Below, piece by piece: positions 1 to 13,085 of a DNA stretch of 64,000 nucleotides. The DNA is from a cyanobacterium endosymbiont of Rhopalodia gibba (GTDB lineage: Bacteria; Cyanobacteriota; Cyanobacteriia; Cyanobacteriales; Microcystaceae). The stretch's first letter is position 1, and every line of letters begins with the position of its first letter. The stretch lies in the NCBI GenBank assembly GCA_045159875.1, contig CP067995.1, positions 832,001-896,000 on the forward strand. Direction: 5' to 3'. Below the pieces are notes generated by a model, which worked only from the letters and a program-made list of their open reading frames with translations, ran no database searches and had not been told where the DNA came from. The position numbers and the translations under genes are program-made.

Positions 1-144
1 GAATCAAAACACTATCACCTAGAAAAAACCCATAAATGAGGTCAAATCAAAAAAAATAATCGCACATATTCAGAATAAATTTATTGCTGATAGTGGATTC
101 TATCTGGATAGATTTAAAGTAAAAACAATATTAGTCGCTCCCAA

Positions 145-636
145 AAATCAAGCTGTCTTCCATAGATATTCCTATTAAAATAATAGAAATTAACAATAAA
201 GCTAATCAACTCTACAACTAATTAAATATTTTTAAGTAATTTATAGTTTTGTTAATTATTTAGATACTATGAAGTAATAAAAAGGATAAAATCATTGCTT
301 TATAGAAGAAAATACTCTTAAATCAAAGCATAATAATTGCTAGAAAAAGATGATGATGTTACATAGACAAGGATTAAAGACTCACTCACACATAAAAATC
401 GGTGTAACGGTTAATGATTCTACTATGTGTCGTTTAGTCCAAAAAACTTGAGTCAACAAAAAAATACCTCATCCCGTGGCAGCTTATACACATAGAATTC
501 AACCTCTAAGACAGGAACATTCGAGAAAACTAGGACTGAAAGTTTCAGACCTAGTTTTTAGTTACGAAACCGGAGTTTAGTCAGTTACAATGCGTCTGTG
601 TATCGAAGCAACTTTAAAAAATAAGCTTATGGAAAG
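145..636 (+). mobile_element. Eroded IS630-family transposase remnant
   Basis: Manual translation gives IGVTVNDSTMCRLVQK (398-445, HTH region) and DLVFSYETGV* (548-580), resembling the IS630 first-Asp motif DLVFIDETG; stops and frameshifts throughout. Confidence 0.65.
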
Positions 637-639
637 ACA

Positions 640-1010
640 AAGAGACAGCTAAAATGGAAAAAATCACAAATATTTTACTAGTCCTAGAAAAGATATCTCG
701 AATAAAAAAGAAAACAAGAGATATTTTTAAAACTCAAATAACGGGTTATGAGGCTTACGATAAATTTATAGAATGGACAGAGAATACCTATTAATTTTTT
801 ACAAAAAATTACCAAATAATAAGTAAATAAATTAATAAAATTATAGGATATTTAAATAATAAAATTTTTTAAAAAGTGGGAGAAAAGAGCAATTATTAAA
901 TTTAATTAATTAAAAATTAAGCTTATGACTTAACTAATTTTGATAACTATTCAAAAATAGTTTTATTCAACTTCTATTTTTTCTACTAACTTATTATTTT
1001 CGAGAGAATA
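640..1010 (+). mobile_element. Eroded ISL3-family transposase C-terminal remnant
   Basis: RDIFKTQITGYEAYDKFIEWTENTY*FF...IIGYLNNK and AYDLTNFDNYSKIVLFNFYF resemble the cyanobacterial ISL3 C-terminus (AYGLTNFDNF..RVLLNW). Confidence 0.6.
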
Positions 1011-1584
1011 AAGCTTTTATACTTCTTCTATAGATATGTAAGTTCGAGAATTAAGTAAATTAACTTATCTAAAAAGTAAAGTTTAGTAAAATTTTAGAGA
1101 TAAGGACAGATTCAACCTAAATATACTGTAAAAGAAAGGACTAAATACAATAATTATTCTCAATATAAGATACAAGTAGTTCAGTTCAAGTTAAATTAAA
1201 AATAATAAGAATGACAAGGATTATGTATATATTTTTTCTGGTAGTTTATATCTAGAACTAAACATAATATAAATATTATTTAGCTAAAGCCGTTAAAGAA
1301 ATTCTTACTCAAAGTAGTCACTTGAAAAAATTAATTAAAGTAATGTCAATTAAACTCTAATCGCTCACAATATAGAGAGACACAACAATTTGCTTTTTTA
1401 ATATTTCTTTAGGGGTACCCACTCATAGGTTTAAGAAAATAAAATGCTCCTCTGAACCAACTGTGGCAAAATTTTAATAAACAAAAGCTGAAAATAAAGT
1501 TTTCGGCTATTAATTTGTCATACTTAGTCTATGCAAACCAATAGAATTGCTTAATTAAGCTAAATATCGAGATATTTCTTATTT

Positions 1585-3090
1585 CTATTTTCTCTCTGCC
1601 CGCCACTGCTGCATAACAACAGTGATGTCTGGTTTTCTTATTAATAAAACACCTACTTGGGTTTCATTCCAACGTACTATCCAAGAAGGTTGAAGTCCCA
1701 AAACTACAATGCATAAAGACAAAATAAAAGCGGGAATTTTTTCTGACCACAAAACACGGGGTAATTGAGCTAGTTCAGGAGTTAACCGACCAAAAAAGAC
1801 ACGGTTAATCATCAATGAGAAATAAACTGCCGTTAAACCGCTTCCAACTAAACATAATAAAGTTTGAATCGGAAAAATAGGAAAGCTTCCGCGAAATACC
1901 AAAAACTCTGCAATAAAACCGGCCATCCCTGGAATTCCAACACTCGCCATTACTCCTAAAATCATTAAACTTCCCGTAATCGGTAAACCCCGTTGAGGGT
2001 TGAGCAACCCCTGTAAAAAGTCCACATCACGGCTTCCGGTCTTTTTGTAAACTACTCCAACCAAAAGAAATAATAGGGCAGAAATTAACCCGTGACTAAC
2101 CATCTGAAAGGTAGCGGCAGTAATACTTAAGTGAGTGGCAGCCGCCGCAGCTAATAAAATATAGCCCATATGAGCAATGGAAGAATAGGCGACCACTTTC
2201 TTCATATCTTTTTGAAGAATTGCGCACGATGCTCCATACAAAACACTAATAGCAGCCAATGTAGCTAACCATGGAGCCATAAATACCCAAGCATCGACAA
2301 ATAATCCTATTCCAAAACGTAATAACCCGTAAGTTCCTAATTTTAATAATATTCCTGCCAACAAAACTGAAATAGGAGTTGAAGCTTCCACGTGAGCATC
2401 AGGTAACCAGGTGTGGAAAGGAAAAATAGGTATTTTAATTCCTAAACCAAGGATAAGGGGAGCCAGTAAAATTAACTGAGTTGATAAAGGTAAGGTATGA
2501 GTGCGTAATGTCTCATAATCGAAGCTAGATGACTTTGAAAACCATGCTAATCCTAAAAATGAAGTCAAAATTAGAATTCCTGAAACTGTTGTGTATAGAA
2601 GAAATTTCATCGAGGCATAACCCCGCTTTGTCCCCCCCCAAATTCCAATGAGAAAATACAATGGGATAATTTCTAACTCAAAAAAGAGGAAAAAGAGTAA
2701 AACATTTTGGGCAATAAATGCCCCCATTACCCCGCTATTAAGGATTAAAATTAAGACATAATAAAATCGTGATCGCTTAACATTTTGACTACTAGCATAA
2801 ATTGAGATTAAAGTCAGCAAACTGTTGAGAAAAATAAGAGGAAATGATAAGCCATCAATCCCCAAACGATAATTTAACCCAATCTGCGCAATCCAAGGTA
2901 AATACTCAGTAAACTGGATATTTGGATTAGTAGGGTCGAAATTAAAGCTGAGAATAATATTAATAAGGAGAGATATACTTGCGATTACTATAGCTAACAA
3001 GCGACAATGAACTGAATTTAACTTTCCTGGCCAAACAGCGATTAGGATAGCTCCTACTAATGGAATCCAAATTAAGGCGCTGAGTATCAT
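1585..3090 (-). CDS. ndhD4: NDH-1 subunit D4 (NuoM-like, CO2-uptake type)
   Basis: Intact 501-aa ORF with KIPIFPFHTWLPDAHVEASTP and LLKLGTYG motifs; directly downstream of ndhF4. Confidence 0.9.
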   Translation of the reverse strand: MILSALIWIPLVGAILIAVWPGKLNSVHCRLLAIVIASISLLINIILSFNFDPTNPNIQFTEYLPWIAQIGLNYRLGIDGLSFPLIFLNSLLTLISIYASSQNVKRSRFYYVLILILNSGVMGAFIAQNVLLFFLFFELEIIPLYFLIGIWGGTKRGYASMKFLLYTTVSGILILTSFLGLAWFSKSSSFDYETLRTHTLPLSTQLILLAPLILGLGIKIPIFPFHTWLPDAHVEASTPISVLLAGILLKLGTYGLLRFGIGLFVDAWVFMAPWLATLAAISVLYGASCAILQKDMKKVVAYSSIAHMGYILLAAAAATHLSITAATFQMVSHGLISALLFLLVGVVYKKTGSRDVDFLQGLLNPQRGLPITGSLMILGVMASVGIPGMAGFIAEFLVFRGSFPIFPIQTLLCLVGSGLTAVYFSLMINRVFFGRLTPELAQLPRVLWSEKIPAFILSLCIVVLGLQPSWIVRWNETQVGVLLIRKPDITVVMQQWRAERK

Positions 3091-3133
3091 TAATACATCG
3101 ACTCCTTACTGCTACTCAAAACTTGAACTAATT

Positions 3134-5029
3134 TCAATAAATTAAAGATGACCAATAATTGATTATTATTCCCCACTCTTCACCAAGAACAAACCACATT
3201 AATAAACTTACTCCAATTAAAATAGTTAAAATGTAAAATTGTGATTGTCCAGATACATTATATCTTAAAATATTACCACTAAAAATAGTGACTAAACTCA
3301 CTAAATTAACCGCTCCATCTACTACATAGCGATCAAACCAAATAGTTAAATAAGATATTTTTTCTACTGCTGCGACCACCGTTACTTCATAAACACGGTT
3401 GAGATAGAAGTCATAGGCAAATAAATCTTGAAAAAACCGCAGATAGATTTGAGTCGGCCGAGTCCAAGACCTTCGTAGGGGACTAATAATTCCAAGGAGA
3501 CAACCAATAATTCCTGACCCAATTAAAAGGGGGATTGCCCATTTAACAATGATAATGTCTTTATCAGTCAAAGGTGATATAGCTGATAACCAAAATGGCC
3601 AGCGAATTGGAGCAATAGAAAAAATTAGAGTTGTTACGGTTAACGTTACCATCGGAAAAGCTATCGGCCAGGCAACTTCGGGAGTTCGACGGGTTTTAGG
3701 TTGAGGATTTCCTAGAAACACTAAACGGAAGACACGGGTTAAATTCCAAGAACACAACAAATTGACAAATAGGACAATTGCACATAACCATCCAGGTACA
3801 TTCCAATCACCATTAAACCACCGTTGTAATGTCCAAAACATTCCTAAGGGGAGCAATGCAACTAATCCGGCAGCACCTGTCATAAAACTGGTGGTGGTAG
3901 CGGGCATCCGTGACCAAATTCCTCCCATTTCCGTTATATTTTGATTATAAGTCGTTAAAATAACCGCTCCTGCACTCATAAATAATAAGGCTTTGGTGAT
4001 CGCATGGGTAAAAACTAATAATAAAGCAATATCGACTTGACCTAATCCAACAGCAATAAAGACCAATCCCAAATAAGCACTGGTGGAATGGGATAGGGTT
4101 CGTTTGATATCAATTTGTGCTAACGCGATCAACGAAGTTCCTACCGCCGTTACTGACCCTAACACGATTAGTACCTTAGAAGACATTGGGGATAGGGTAA
4201 ATACGGGCTGTAATTTAATTAACACGTATGCTCCAGCAGAAACTACTACCGAATTTCGCATAATTCCGGCAGGGTTCGGTCCTTCCATCGCTTTATCAAG
4301 CCATAGATTAAGCGGAAATTGAGCACATTTACCTGTAGGACCAGAAATTAACGATATTCCTAATAATGCTGCAGTTAAAGGGCTTAAATCAGAGCTAATT
4401 GCCCATTTTTCCAGTTCAGAGAAAGTCAACCCTTCTCCATAACTAGAAAGAGTAACTAATCCCATTAATAAAATAATATCCCCAACACGTTTAGTTAAAA
4501 ACGCATCTCGGGCCGCTGTTGCTACTAACGGTTGAGCGTACCAGAACCCAACTAAAAGATAGGTGGACAGAGTGAGAATTTCTAAAAGACCATAACTCAG
4601 TAACAAAGAATCACTGAGAGCAATCCCGCCTAAAGCCGCTTCAAATATTCCCATCAATCCAAAAAATCTGGCTAAAGACCAATCTTTTTCCAGATAACCC
4701 AGAGCATAGAATTGAACAAGTAAACTAATTCCGTTGACTAACCCCAACGCCCCTAAACTAATTGGAGACAGTTCTATAGTCAAGGACAAATCTAAATCAG
4801 CTACCTGAAGCCATTGAAATATTAATTGTTCAGATTGGTGTCGCCAAATAACAGAAAAAGCTAATGAACTGTGAATAAAAGCAAATGCTATCATTAACAG
4901 ATTCAAGTAGGCCGCTGGCCTAGGTCCTGTACGACGAACAATTCCTAAAGACCAGGGTAGGGTTAACACCGAACCAATTAGACTGTAAATCGGGATCAAC
5001 CAACTACTGTGTACAATAAAACTGCTCAT
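3134..5029 (-). CDS. ndhF4: NDH-1 subunit F4 (NuoL-like, CO2-uptake type)
   Basis: Intact 631-aa ORF; RRTGPRPAAYLN, EKDWSLARF, ALGGIALSDSL and GFWYAQPLV are F4-type rather than F3-type signatures. Confidence 0.9.
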   Translation of the reverse strand: MSSFIVHSSWLIPIYSLIGSVLTLPWSLGIVRRTGPRPAAYLNLLMIAFAFIHSSLAFSVIWRHQSEQLIFQWLQVADLDLSLTIELSPISLGALGLVNGISLLVQFYALGYLEKDWSLARFFGLMGIFEAALGGIALSDSLLLSYGLLEILTLSTYLLVGFWYAQPLVATAARDAFLTKRVGDIILLMGLVTLSSYGEGLTFSELEKWAISSDLSPLTAALLGISLISGPTGKCAQFPLNLWLDKAMEGPNPAGIMRNSVVVSAGAYVLIKLQPVFTLSPMSSKVLIVLGSVTAVGTSLIALAQIDIKRTLSHSTSAYLGLVFIAVGLGQVDIALLLVFTHAITKALLFMSAGAVILTTYNQNITEMGGIWSRMPATTTSFMTGAAGLVALLPLGMFWTLQRWFNGDWNVPGWLCAIVLFVNLLCSWNLTRVFRLVFLGNPQPKTRRTPEVAWPIAFPMVTLTVTTLIFSIAPIRWPFWLSAISPLTDKDIIIVKWAIPLLIGSGIIGCLLGIISPLRRSWTRPTQIYLRFFQDLFAYDFYLNRVYEVTVVAAVEKISYLTIWFDRYVVDGAVNLVSLVTIFSGNILRYNVSGQSQFYILTILIGVSLLMWFVLGEEWGIIINYWSSLIY

Positions 5030-5850
5030 CTAAAGTAGATTATTTAAGGGTCTTTACTTTTATAGAGCATATCAGTTTTTATACCTAGTTTTTGCTTTCT
5101 ATTTACATGAAGTAGAAATTTTTGGAACAAGTAAAGCCGTAGCTATCCCCATTAATTATCTTATGTTAATGAATGAGTTTCTGGAAAGTTTTTTTAGGAT
5201 TGCTATTGTTTAGAAATTTTCTTTGACTTCTAGTGATCCAATTTATTAAACTGATTGACAAATACAATCAGCTATCTGTATTTTTCCTCAAAAGGTAAAT
5301 TCGAGAAGCTTGGTCAATGGCTTAATTATTGTTTAAATTAGCAAAATACATCCTCATCAAAACTAAATTGTATAGAATAGAGATTAAACTAATTAATATT
5401 TAATATTAATCTTTAATGTGCTCTATACAAACTTTTAGTATAAGTAGATTATAAAACAGTTTGATTTTTTCCATGAAAGACAAGAAATTAGTATAAGCAC
5501 ATCTTTATAGATTTTATATCAACTATTAATTTTCATTAATCATAAGATTAGAAAAGATAATGGTGATTTCTTTTGTGAAAAGGACCACGCTTGCCTATTT
5601 TTCAATATATAGGTTGATATGTCAGCTATTCCCGTCGGGTGTCTTTTTTCTGCATCCTTGGGCTAAAAATATGACAGGTTTAGAAGGATAAATCATAACC
5701 GATAGGAGACTGATAAGATAAGTCACTCTCCTATTCCTGTGTCAGTTATCAATGCAATAAGATTATTTCCCGACGGGAAAATAGTTCATAGCTAGATGAT
5801 TGATTTACTTTGTATAGTTGTTGAGTTTGGCGATTACGAAGTAATCCAGT

Positions 5851-6177
5851 ATGCAAATTGCTGTTGAAATGATTGAAACCAAAGGATTTTCTGCTGTTGT
5901 AGAAGTAGCGGATACTATAGCCCGTGTTACCCTAGTCAGGTATGAGAAAATCAGAAGTGGCCGTCTCACCGTCATTGTGCGAGGCGATGTATCTGAAGTA
6001 CAAGCTTCAGTATCTGCAGGAGTCGATGTGGCTAATCGGGTTAATGGAGGAGAAGTTCTCTTAACCCATATTATTGCCCGTCCCCACGAAAAGCTGGAAT
6101 ACGTATTACCCATTCGCTATACCGAAGCCGTAGAATAATTTCGCGAAAGGGTAAATCTCTCTCTAAGACAAGTATGA
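5851..6177 (+). pseudogene. ccmK: Carboxysome shell protein CcmK (K2/K1), degraded
   Basis: BMC sequence with a 3-aa deletion (VKA), G-to-E/R changes in conserved positions and a TAA at the QFR Gln codon (6136-6138); tail continues to TGA at 6177. Confidence 0.88.
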
Positions 6178-6200
6178 ACGACAACTAGTAGTTAATCATA

Positions 6201-6483
6201 ATGCAAATTGCTAAAGTTAAAGGGACTGTCGTCAGTAGCTATAAGACCCATAGTTTAACAAGACTATGGATGGATGCCCAAACTCTTGTCCCAATATGAA
6301 GTAGCGGGAGACATTGTGGATGCAGGACTTGAGGAATAGGTCTTAGTATCAAGAGGAAGTACTGTTCACATAGAAGACGGAGAAGAACATTCTCCACTCG
6401 ATGCGATAGTAGTGGGGATTATCGACACTGTAACGTTGGAAAATTGAAACCTATACAGCAAAAAAGATACGTATCGAAGTTAA
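6201..6483 (+). pseudogene. ccmL: Carboxysome vertex protein CcmL, degraded
   Basis: MQIAKVKGTVVS...YEVAGDIVDAGLEE*VLVSRGS...PLDAIVVGIIDTV; internal deletion/frameshift and stops. Confidence 0.9.
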
Positions 6484-6590
6484 TGATTATTGTTTATCCA
6501 AAGAATTCAACTTCAGCCAAGCCGAGGGGGTCTGTCGGCTTAATTGGGTGATGATGCCTTGTTCAATTAATTAGGAGGACTGAAGTAGCA

Positions 6591-8151
6591 ATGGTAGTCC
6601 TCAAAAAAGCGGCTTCTCCAATACCTTGGTCGAAGACCTTAGCCGAACCACAAATTGATGATAGTGCCTATGTGCATTCCTTCTCTAACCTAATTGGTGA
6701 TACAAAAGGCCAATGTTCTTATTTTCCTAAGAAACTCAATTTGCACCGATGAAGGCTCATCTTTTACCATTGGTGAATTTACTAATTAATATACAAAACG
6801 GGGTAGTCATTCATGGACTTGAACGAGGACAAGTAGTAAATATATATTACTCACATGGCACTGATTCACGGTCGAGCTTATGTTGGGAATGAATGCTTTA
6901 TTGGCTTTCGTCCAACTATGCCAGAATTAGCCAAGGTTGTATAGTGATGATGCATACCTTAATTCAAGATGAGGAAATTCCTCTTGGAAAGTATGTTCTC
7001 TCAGAAGCGGTAATTACTAATCAACAACAAGCTGATCGTCTTTCTGACATAACCGAGAGTGATCGTACTTTTGAACATCATGTCGTAACCATCAACGAAT
7101 CTCTGCGAGTTGGCTATCAGTGCACTGAAGATTAAGCCTACAACCGATTCGTGAGAAGTTGTAAAAGACTATAAATAACGTCGATAAGATTGACTATAGC
7201 AGTTCGGTGACCAATGTGAGTTTAAGTAAGGAAATTATAACCCAAGCTTGTCTGCTGCTGTCCCAAGGACATAAAATTGGGACGGAACACTCAAATAAAC
7301 GTCGCTTCCGTACCAAATCTTGGTTAACTTATGGGACCTTTTTCGGTGGTGTCAATTAGGTACTAACGAATTGAGAAACTTGTTTGCAAGACTCTTAAGG
7401 AGGATATATCCGTCTGATTGGTATTGATCTCGAAGCTAAACGGCATGTCCTAAAAACGATAATTCAATGACCCAAAGATATTCCCGAGGTTCCGACCCGC
7501 ACACAACCATCAAAAGCCATAGCAATAATGGCAATAGTTCTAGTGTGAGTGACAGCAATGATAATGGTCATTTATCGGGAAATATTATTTTCCAAGTTAG
7601 AAGTCTACTCCAATCTGTCCATAAAATGGGGACAAAATTTACCAGTCAACGCTGTTTTTGGACTAAATCTTGGTTAACCGGTCCTGCTATTGAAAATATA
7701 CAGGAAACGGAAGTAATACAGGCATTAGAGACTTTTGTATTTGAGTATAATGAGGCGTGCGTTTGATTGAGATTGACTACAATGCCAAGCAACAGATATC
7801 AGAAACCATTATTCATCGTCCTGAGAAAACCTCACAAATTAAATTTAATAGTTCAGGAGTGGCAAAGTGTTGCAGCCAAGGATTGACTAGCAGGACAGGT
7901 TCTAGTTTTGGTTTAAACGCCGAAACGACTAGCCAAGTGTGATCATTACTTTCTCAAGAATATCAAATTGGCACATAACATGCTAATAAGCTTCGTTTTC
8001 GTACTAAGTCTTGGCAGAGTTGCGCTCCCATTGAGAGTCGCTATGAAGCTAATATTATTGTTTTGAACATCCAGGGGAATATATGCGCTTACTGGGTATT
8101 GATACTAAAGCTCAACGCCGTATCTTAGAAACGATAATTCAACGTCTTTAA
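6591..8151 (+). pseudogene. ccmM: CcmM (gamma-CA domain plus three RbcS-like repeats), degraded
   Basis: RBS AGGAGG then [37 protein letters not shown]; three SSU-like repeats with (R)RFRTKSW-like motifs; ends [11 protein letters not shown]; many frameshifts and stops. Confidence 0.92.
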
Positions 8152-8209
8152 TTGTAGTGTGAAGGGGTGAGATTAAATCTTGTCCTTTTATGACTACTGG
8201 ATAATAGTA

Positions 8210-8922
8210 ATGCGTTTACCCCTTATTCATCCACCAACTCAGTTAGATATTTATGTCATTGGTAACGTTGTTATTTATGAAAGTACAGTTATTGCATCAG
8301 AAACTATTTCGAATTTTTATCAGAGAAGGGGCGTGTATTGGCATGGGAAACATAATCAATACTTACCAAGGAGACACTGAAATCTAATCCTGTGGCATAT
8401 TTAGGTCCTGGGGTTTTAGTCATTGGTCAAAGTAAAATCGGTAAAAACACTTGTATTGGTTCTTCGACCACAATTATCAATACTTCTATGGAACCAGGAA
8501 CAACCATTGAAGCAGGCTCACTAATTGGTGATACTTCGTGTTCATTTTCTGCCGTAATATCTAACCCTTTAAAGGAAACTAAATTAGAAATAAATAGGTT
8601 GTCTCCTAATCATAATAACTTGGTTTCTGAAGCTTCAATAGAAATGAAATTGAGAGTTAATCGTCCTATTGACAATGACTTGATTTATAACAGCAATAAT
8701 TTTTATCATAATCCGCAAACGACTAAAGAGAAAAAAGCTAATTTTTCTGTGGAAGATATAGAAAATATTTGCTCAGAAAAAGTAACTAAAATTGAAAAGG
8801 ATACTGAAATTACAAAACAATCTAACCAAGATTTAGATCAACCAATAGAAACCCAAATTTTTTTTCTTCTAGGACAAATTTATGCGAACAACCTTTTAGG
8901 TACTTTGTTCCCTGAACGTTAA
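8210..8922 (+). pseudogene. ccmN: CcmN, frameshifted
   Basis: MRLPLIHP..IYVIGNVVIYESTVIA hexapeptide start, internal deletion/frameshift, C-terminal GQIYANNLLGTLFPER matching the CcmN encapsulation peptide. Confidence 0.85.
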
Positions 8923-9029
8923 ACTTTTAATCGTTATCGATAAGATTAATTGTGATGAGTATTAATGAGTAATTAGCCACAATGTTGTTGTCTTTTAGGT
9001 AGGGACTAATGAGATTGAATAGCCAATAA

Positions 9030-9060
9030 TTAATTTTTCTAATTTTATTAGAAAAATTAA
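9030..9060. repeat. 14-bp perfect inverted repeat (possible terminator) after ccmN
   Basis: ttaatttttctaat-ttt-attagaaaaattaa. Confidence 0.6.
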
Positions 9061-9584
9061 CAACTACTCTTTTGTAAAAATTTAGATTTTATTATTAACT
9101 TATTTTCTGTAAAACAACTTTTTATATTTAAACTCTTTAACCTGTCTTCTTCTACTGAGTTAGTCGTTTGAGCTGATCATCAATTAAAGTAAGTTTTGTA
9201 GAGACTTTGTCTTTTCTTTTTTTTATTGCCAAAAGAACAGCTTGATGTGTAATTGTCTTTAAAGACACTAGAAAAATAAATAATTTTTCTCTAAAAAAAC
9301 AATAAAAAATGATTTAATTCATGCTTAGAATATATTAATTTACTTAATTATTCTGTCTATATATTGAAATTAAAAAAAATTAAATAAGTAATAAATAGAG
9401 TACAACTATCTATGATTAAATTGGGATTTAAAGAACGAATAAGCAAATTAACGGTGAGCTAAATACCACTTCTAGCAGCCGGATAACTTCCTGAAATATT
9501 TTCTCTGTTACGGATGAGTTCAGACTTAAACTTACACGCACATAAATAAAAAATTAATCATGCCATTCATGGAGGAATTACTAT

Positions 9585-10995
<1,411 letters not shown>

Positions 10996-11045
10996 TTTAG
11001 AAATAGTCGTTAATTTTGAAGAAATTAAAAGTACTTAGGCAAAAA

Positions 11046-11088
11046 TACTCATAACTCCCAATCATATCCTGATTGGGAGTTATGAGTA
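11046..11088. repeat. 19-bp perfect inverted repeat between rbcL and rbcX
   Basis: tactcataactcccaatca-tatcc-tgattgggagttatgagta. Confidence 0.95.
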
Positions 11089-11092
11089 ATCT

Positions 11093-11503
11093 ATGAACTA
11101 TAAATAAGTAGTCGAAGAAACGGTTTGAGTTTTACAAAATTATCTGACTCACTAAACAGTTTGTCCTATTCATTATCAATCAGTTATCCGAAACTAACCC
11201 AACTCAGGTTCTTTAGCTAAATCAATATAAGTGATTTCATAATATTCAAAAGAAAAAAATATATTTAGAGGAGTTAATAGCTCAAAATAAAAAATTAGTA
11301 TTGCGGATTATGTCAGTACGATGGCATCTAGCAAAAATAGTACTAGAATTTTTACCAAAGATGGTAATAGCTGGAATTAGTCAGACAAATATGGAACACC
11401 ATCATCAGTTATTAAAACGACTGATTCAGTTGCAAGCAGTGATTTCTAATCGTAATCCAGAAATCTCTAAGTTTTAAGATAGATGACTCAAATAATCCTT
11501 AAA
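11093..11503 (+). pseudogene. rbcX: RuBisCO chaperone RbcX, degraded
   Basis: MNYK*VVEETV*VLQNYLTH*..QLSETNPTQ..LVLRIMSVR..VLEFLPKMV; position between rbcL and rbcS; end approximate. Confidence 0.88.
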
Positions 11504-11531
11504 TTAGTTAATTGAACAAAATAGATAACCA

Positions 11532-11855
11532 ATAAAAACTTTACCTAAAGAGCGTCGTTACGAAACCCTTTATTACCTATCTCCATTAACTGATCAGCAA
11601 ATTGAGAATATGCTAGATTAAGGGTTGATTCTTGAGGTTGTGTTTAAAGAAAATCCTGATACTAGAATCTATTTCTGGACAATGTGGAAGTTACCTTTAT
11701 TTAGTGTTTATTCTGCTCAGGAAGTATTAGCAGAAGTTCATGAATGTCGCTCTGAATATTCTAATTCTTAGATTCGTATTATTGGTTTTAACAATATCAA
11801 ACAATGTCAAATGATGAGCTTTATTGTTCATAAGCCCAACACTCGTGTATATTAA
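11532..11855 (+). pseudogene. rbcS: RuBisCO small subunit, degraded
   Basis: Start mutated to [53 protein letters not shown]; two in-frame stops and a 4-codon deletion. Confidence 0.95.
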
Positions 11856-12089
11856 TTTTTAAACTAACTTTAGATACTTTTTCAGTTGGTGTCTCAGAGC
11901 CTATCTACTCAAATAATAGATGGGGTCTAAGTTTTTATCTTTTATGGAGGAAGAATAGCCGTTAGAAACAATTTGATACCAATCAATAACTAATGACTTA
12001 AAAAGTCTAAAAAAATAAAAAATAATTTTTTTTATTTTAAAAAATACTAATATAATTGTTTTTTAATTGACTCTAAGTGAGACTAACTA

Positions 12090-12878
12090 ATGTACTGGAT
12101 AATCAAAAAGCAACTTACTTTTCTATCCGTTTACTATGCTTATATGATAGAGTATCGTGCTGAAATATTTTTTTGGATTTTGTCAGGATCATTGCCTATT
12201 ATCTTGATGGGTATTTGGATAGAAGCAGCTACTCAAAGCGAGTTTAAACTAAGTCCAGTTGAATTTTCTCGTTATTTTTTTTGTATTTTTCAAATAAGAC
12301 AATTTACTAATGTTTGGGTGGTTTGGGATTTTGAGAAGGAAGTTTTAGAGGGTGGACTATCTTTTAAATTGTTGCATCCCCTTGATCCAGGTTGGCATCA
12401 TGTAGCAAGACATATTACAGAAAAAATTGCCCGATTGCCTTTAGTTATATTTTTCACTATTTTATTTTTTGTGTTAAATCCTCAATCCTTTTGGATACCT
12501 GATTTATTTCATTTTTTGTTAGCCTTTGTAGTCATAGTTGCTGCATTCTTTCTAAATTTTTTAATTCAATATACTTTCGCTTTGTTCGCTTTTTGGACAG
12601 AGAGAGTCAGTGCTATTCAACAGTTTTGGAATTTAGCCTATGTTTTTCTTTCAGGAATGACAGCTCCTTTAGATGTATTCCCTGATGGAGTTCGTGAGAT
12701 AGTTATGTGGACTCCTATTCCCTATACTGCTTATTTTCCAGCAGCCTTATTAATGACATTACCTGTGAATATTATTCATGGTTTATTGATTATGATGGGA
12801 TGGTGCATTATCTTTTTTGTTATTAATCGTTGGTTATGGCGACGGGGAATAAAACAATATTCTGGAATGGGAGCCTGA
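12090..12878 (+). CDS. ABC-2 family transporter permease (DUF990-type)
   Basis: 262 aa, about six TM segments; YMIEYRAEIFFW, LSGMTAPLDVFP, YSGMGA C-terminus. Confidence 0.8.
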   Translation: MYWIIKKQLTFLSVYYAYMIEYRAEIFFWILSGSLPIILMGIWIEAATQSEFKLSPVEFSRYFFCIFQIRQFTNVWVVWDFEKEVLEGGLSFKLLHPLDPGWHHVARHITEKIARLPLVIFFTILFFVLNPQSFWIPDLFHFLLAFVVIVAAFFLNFLIQYTFALFAFWTERVSAIQQFWNLAYVFLSGMTAPLDVFPDGVREIVMWTPIPYTAYFPAALLMTLPVNIIHGLLIMMGWCIIFFVINRWLWRRGIKQYSGMGA

Positions 12879-13085
12879 TTGAATAGACTGCTAATTCATC
12901 GGTTTAATTATATGCCAAAAATTTAGTATAATCTACTGGTTTTAGACTTTTTCTCCTAAATTTACTCTAACAATTGAAGTTTGATCATCAGTAGATAAGA
13001 TATTTTTCTATGTTTTAAGAGATTGAATATCTCCTCTAAATTTTAATATTCTCGAAGTAGAAAAAATATTGAGGATCTAAGACAA

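Noticed and set aside
1010..1584. Possible cupB remnant downstream of ndhD4
   Set aside because: My partial manual translation of the minus strand gave no CupB-like peptide; cupB is unlinked in some relatives, so absence here proves nothing
3762..4322. Short plus-strand ORFs inside ndhF4 (and similar antisense ORFs inside ccmK, rbcL, TPR, ribF, kinase, crhR, rimO, RND, ribBA, DUF39 genes)
   Set aside because: Antisense shadows of real genes with no recognisable motifs
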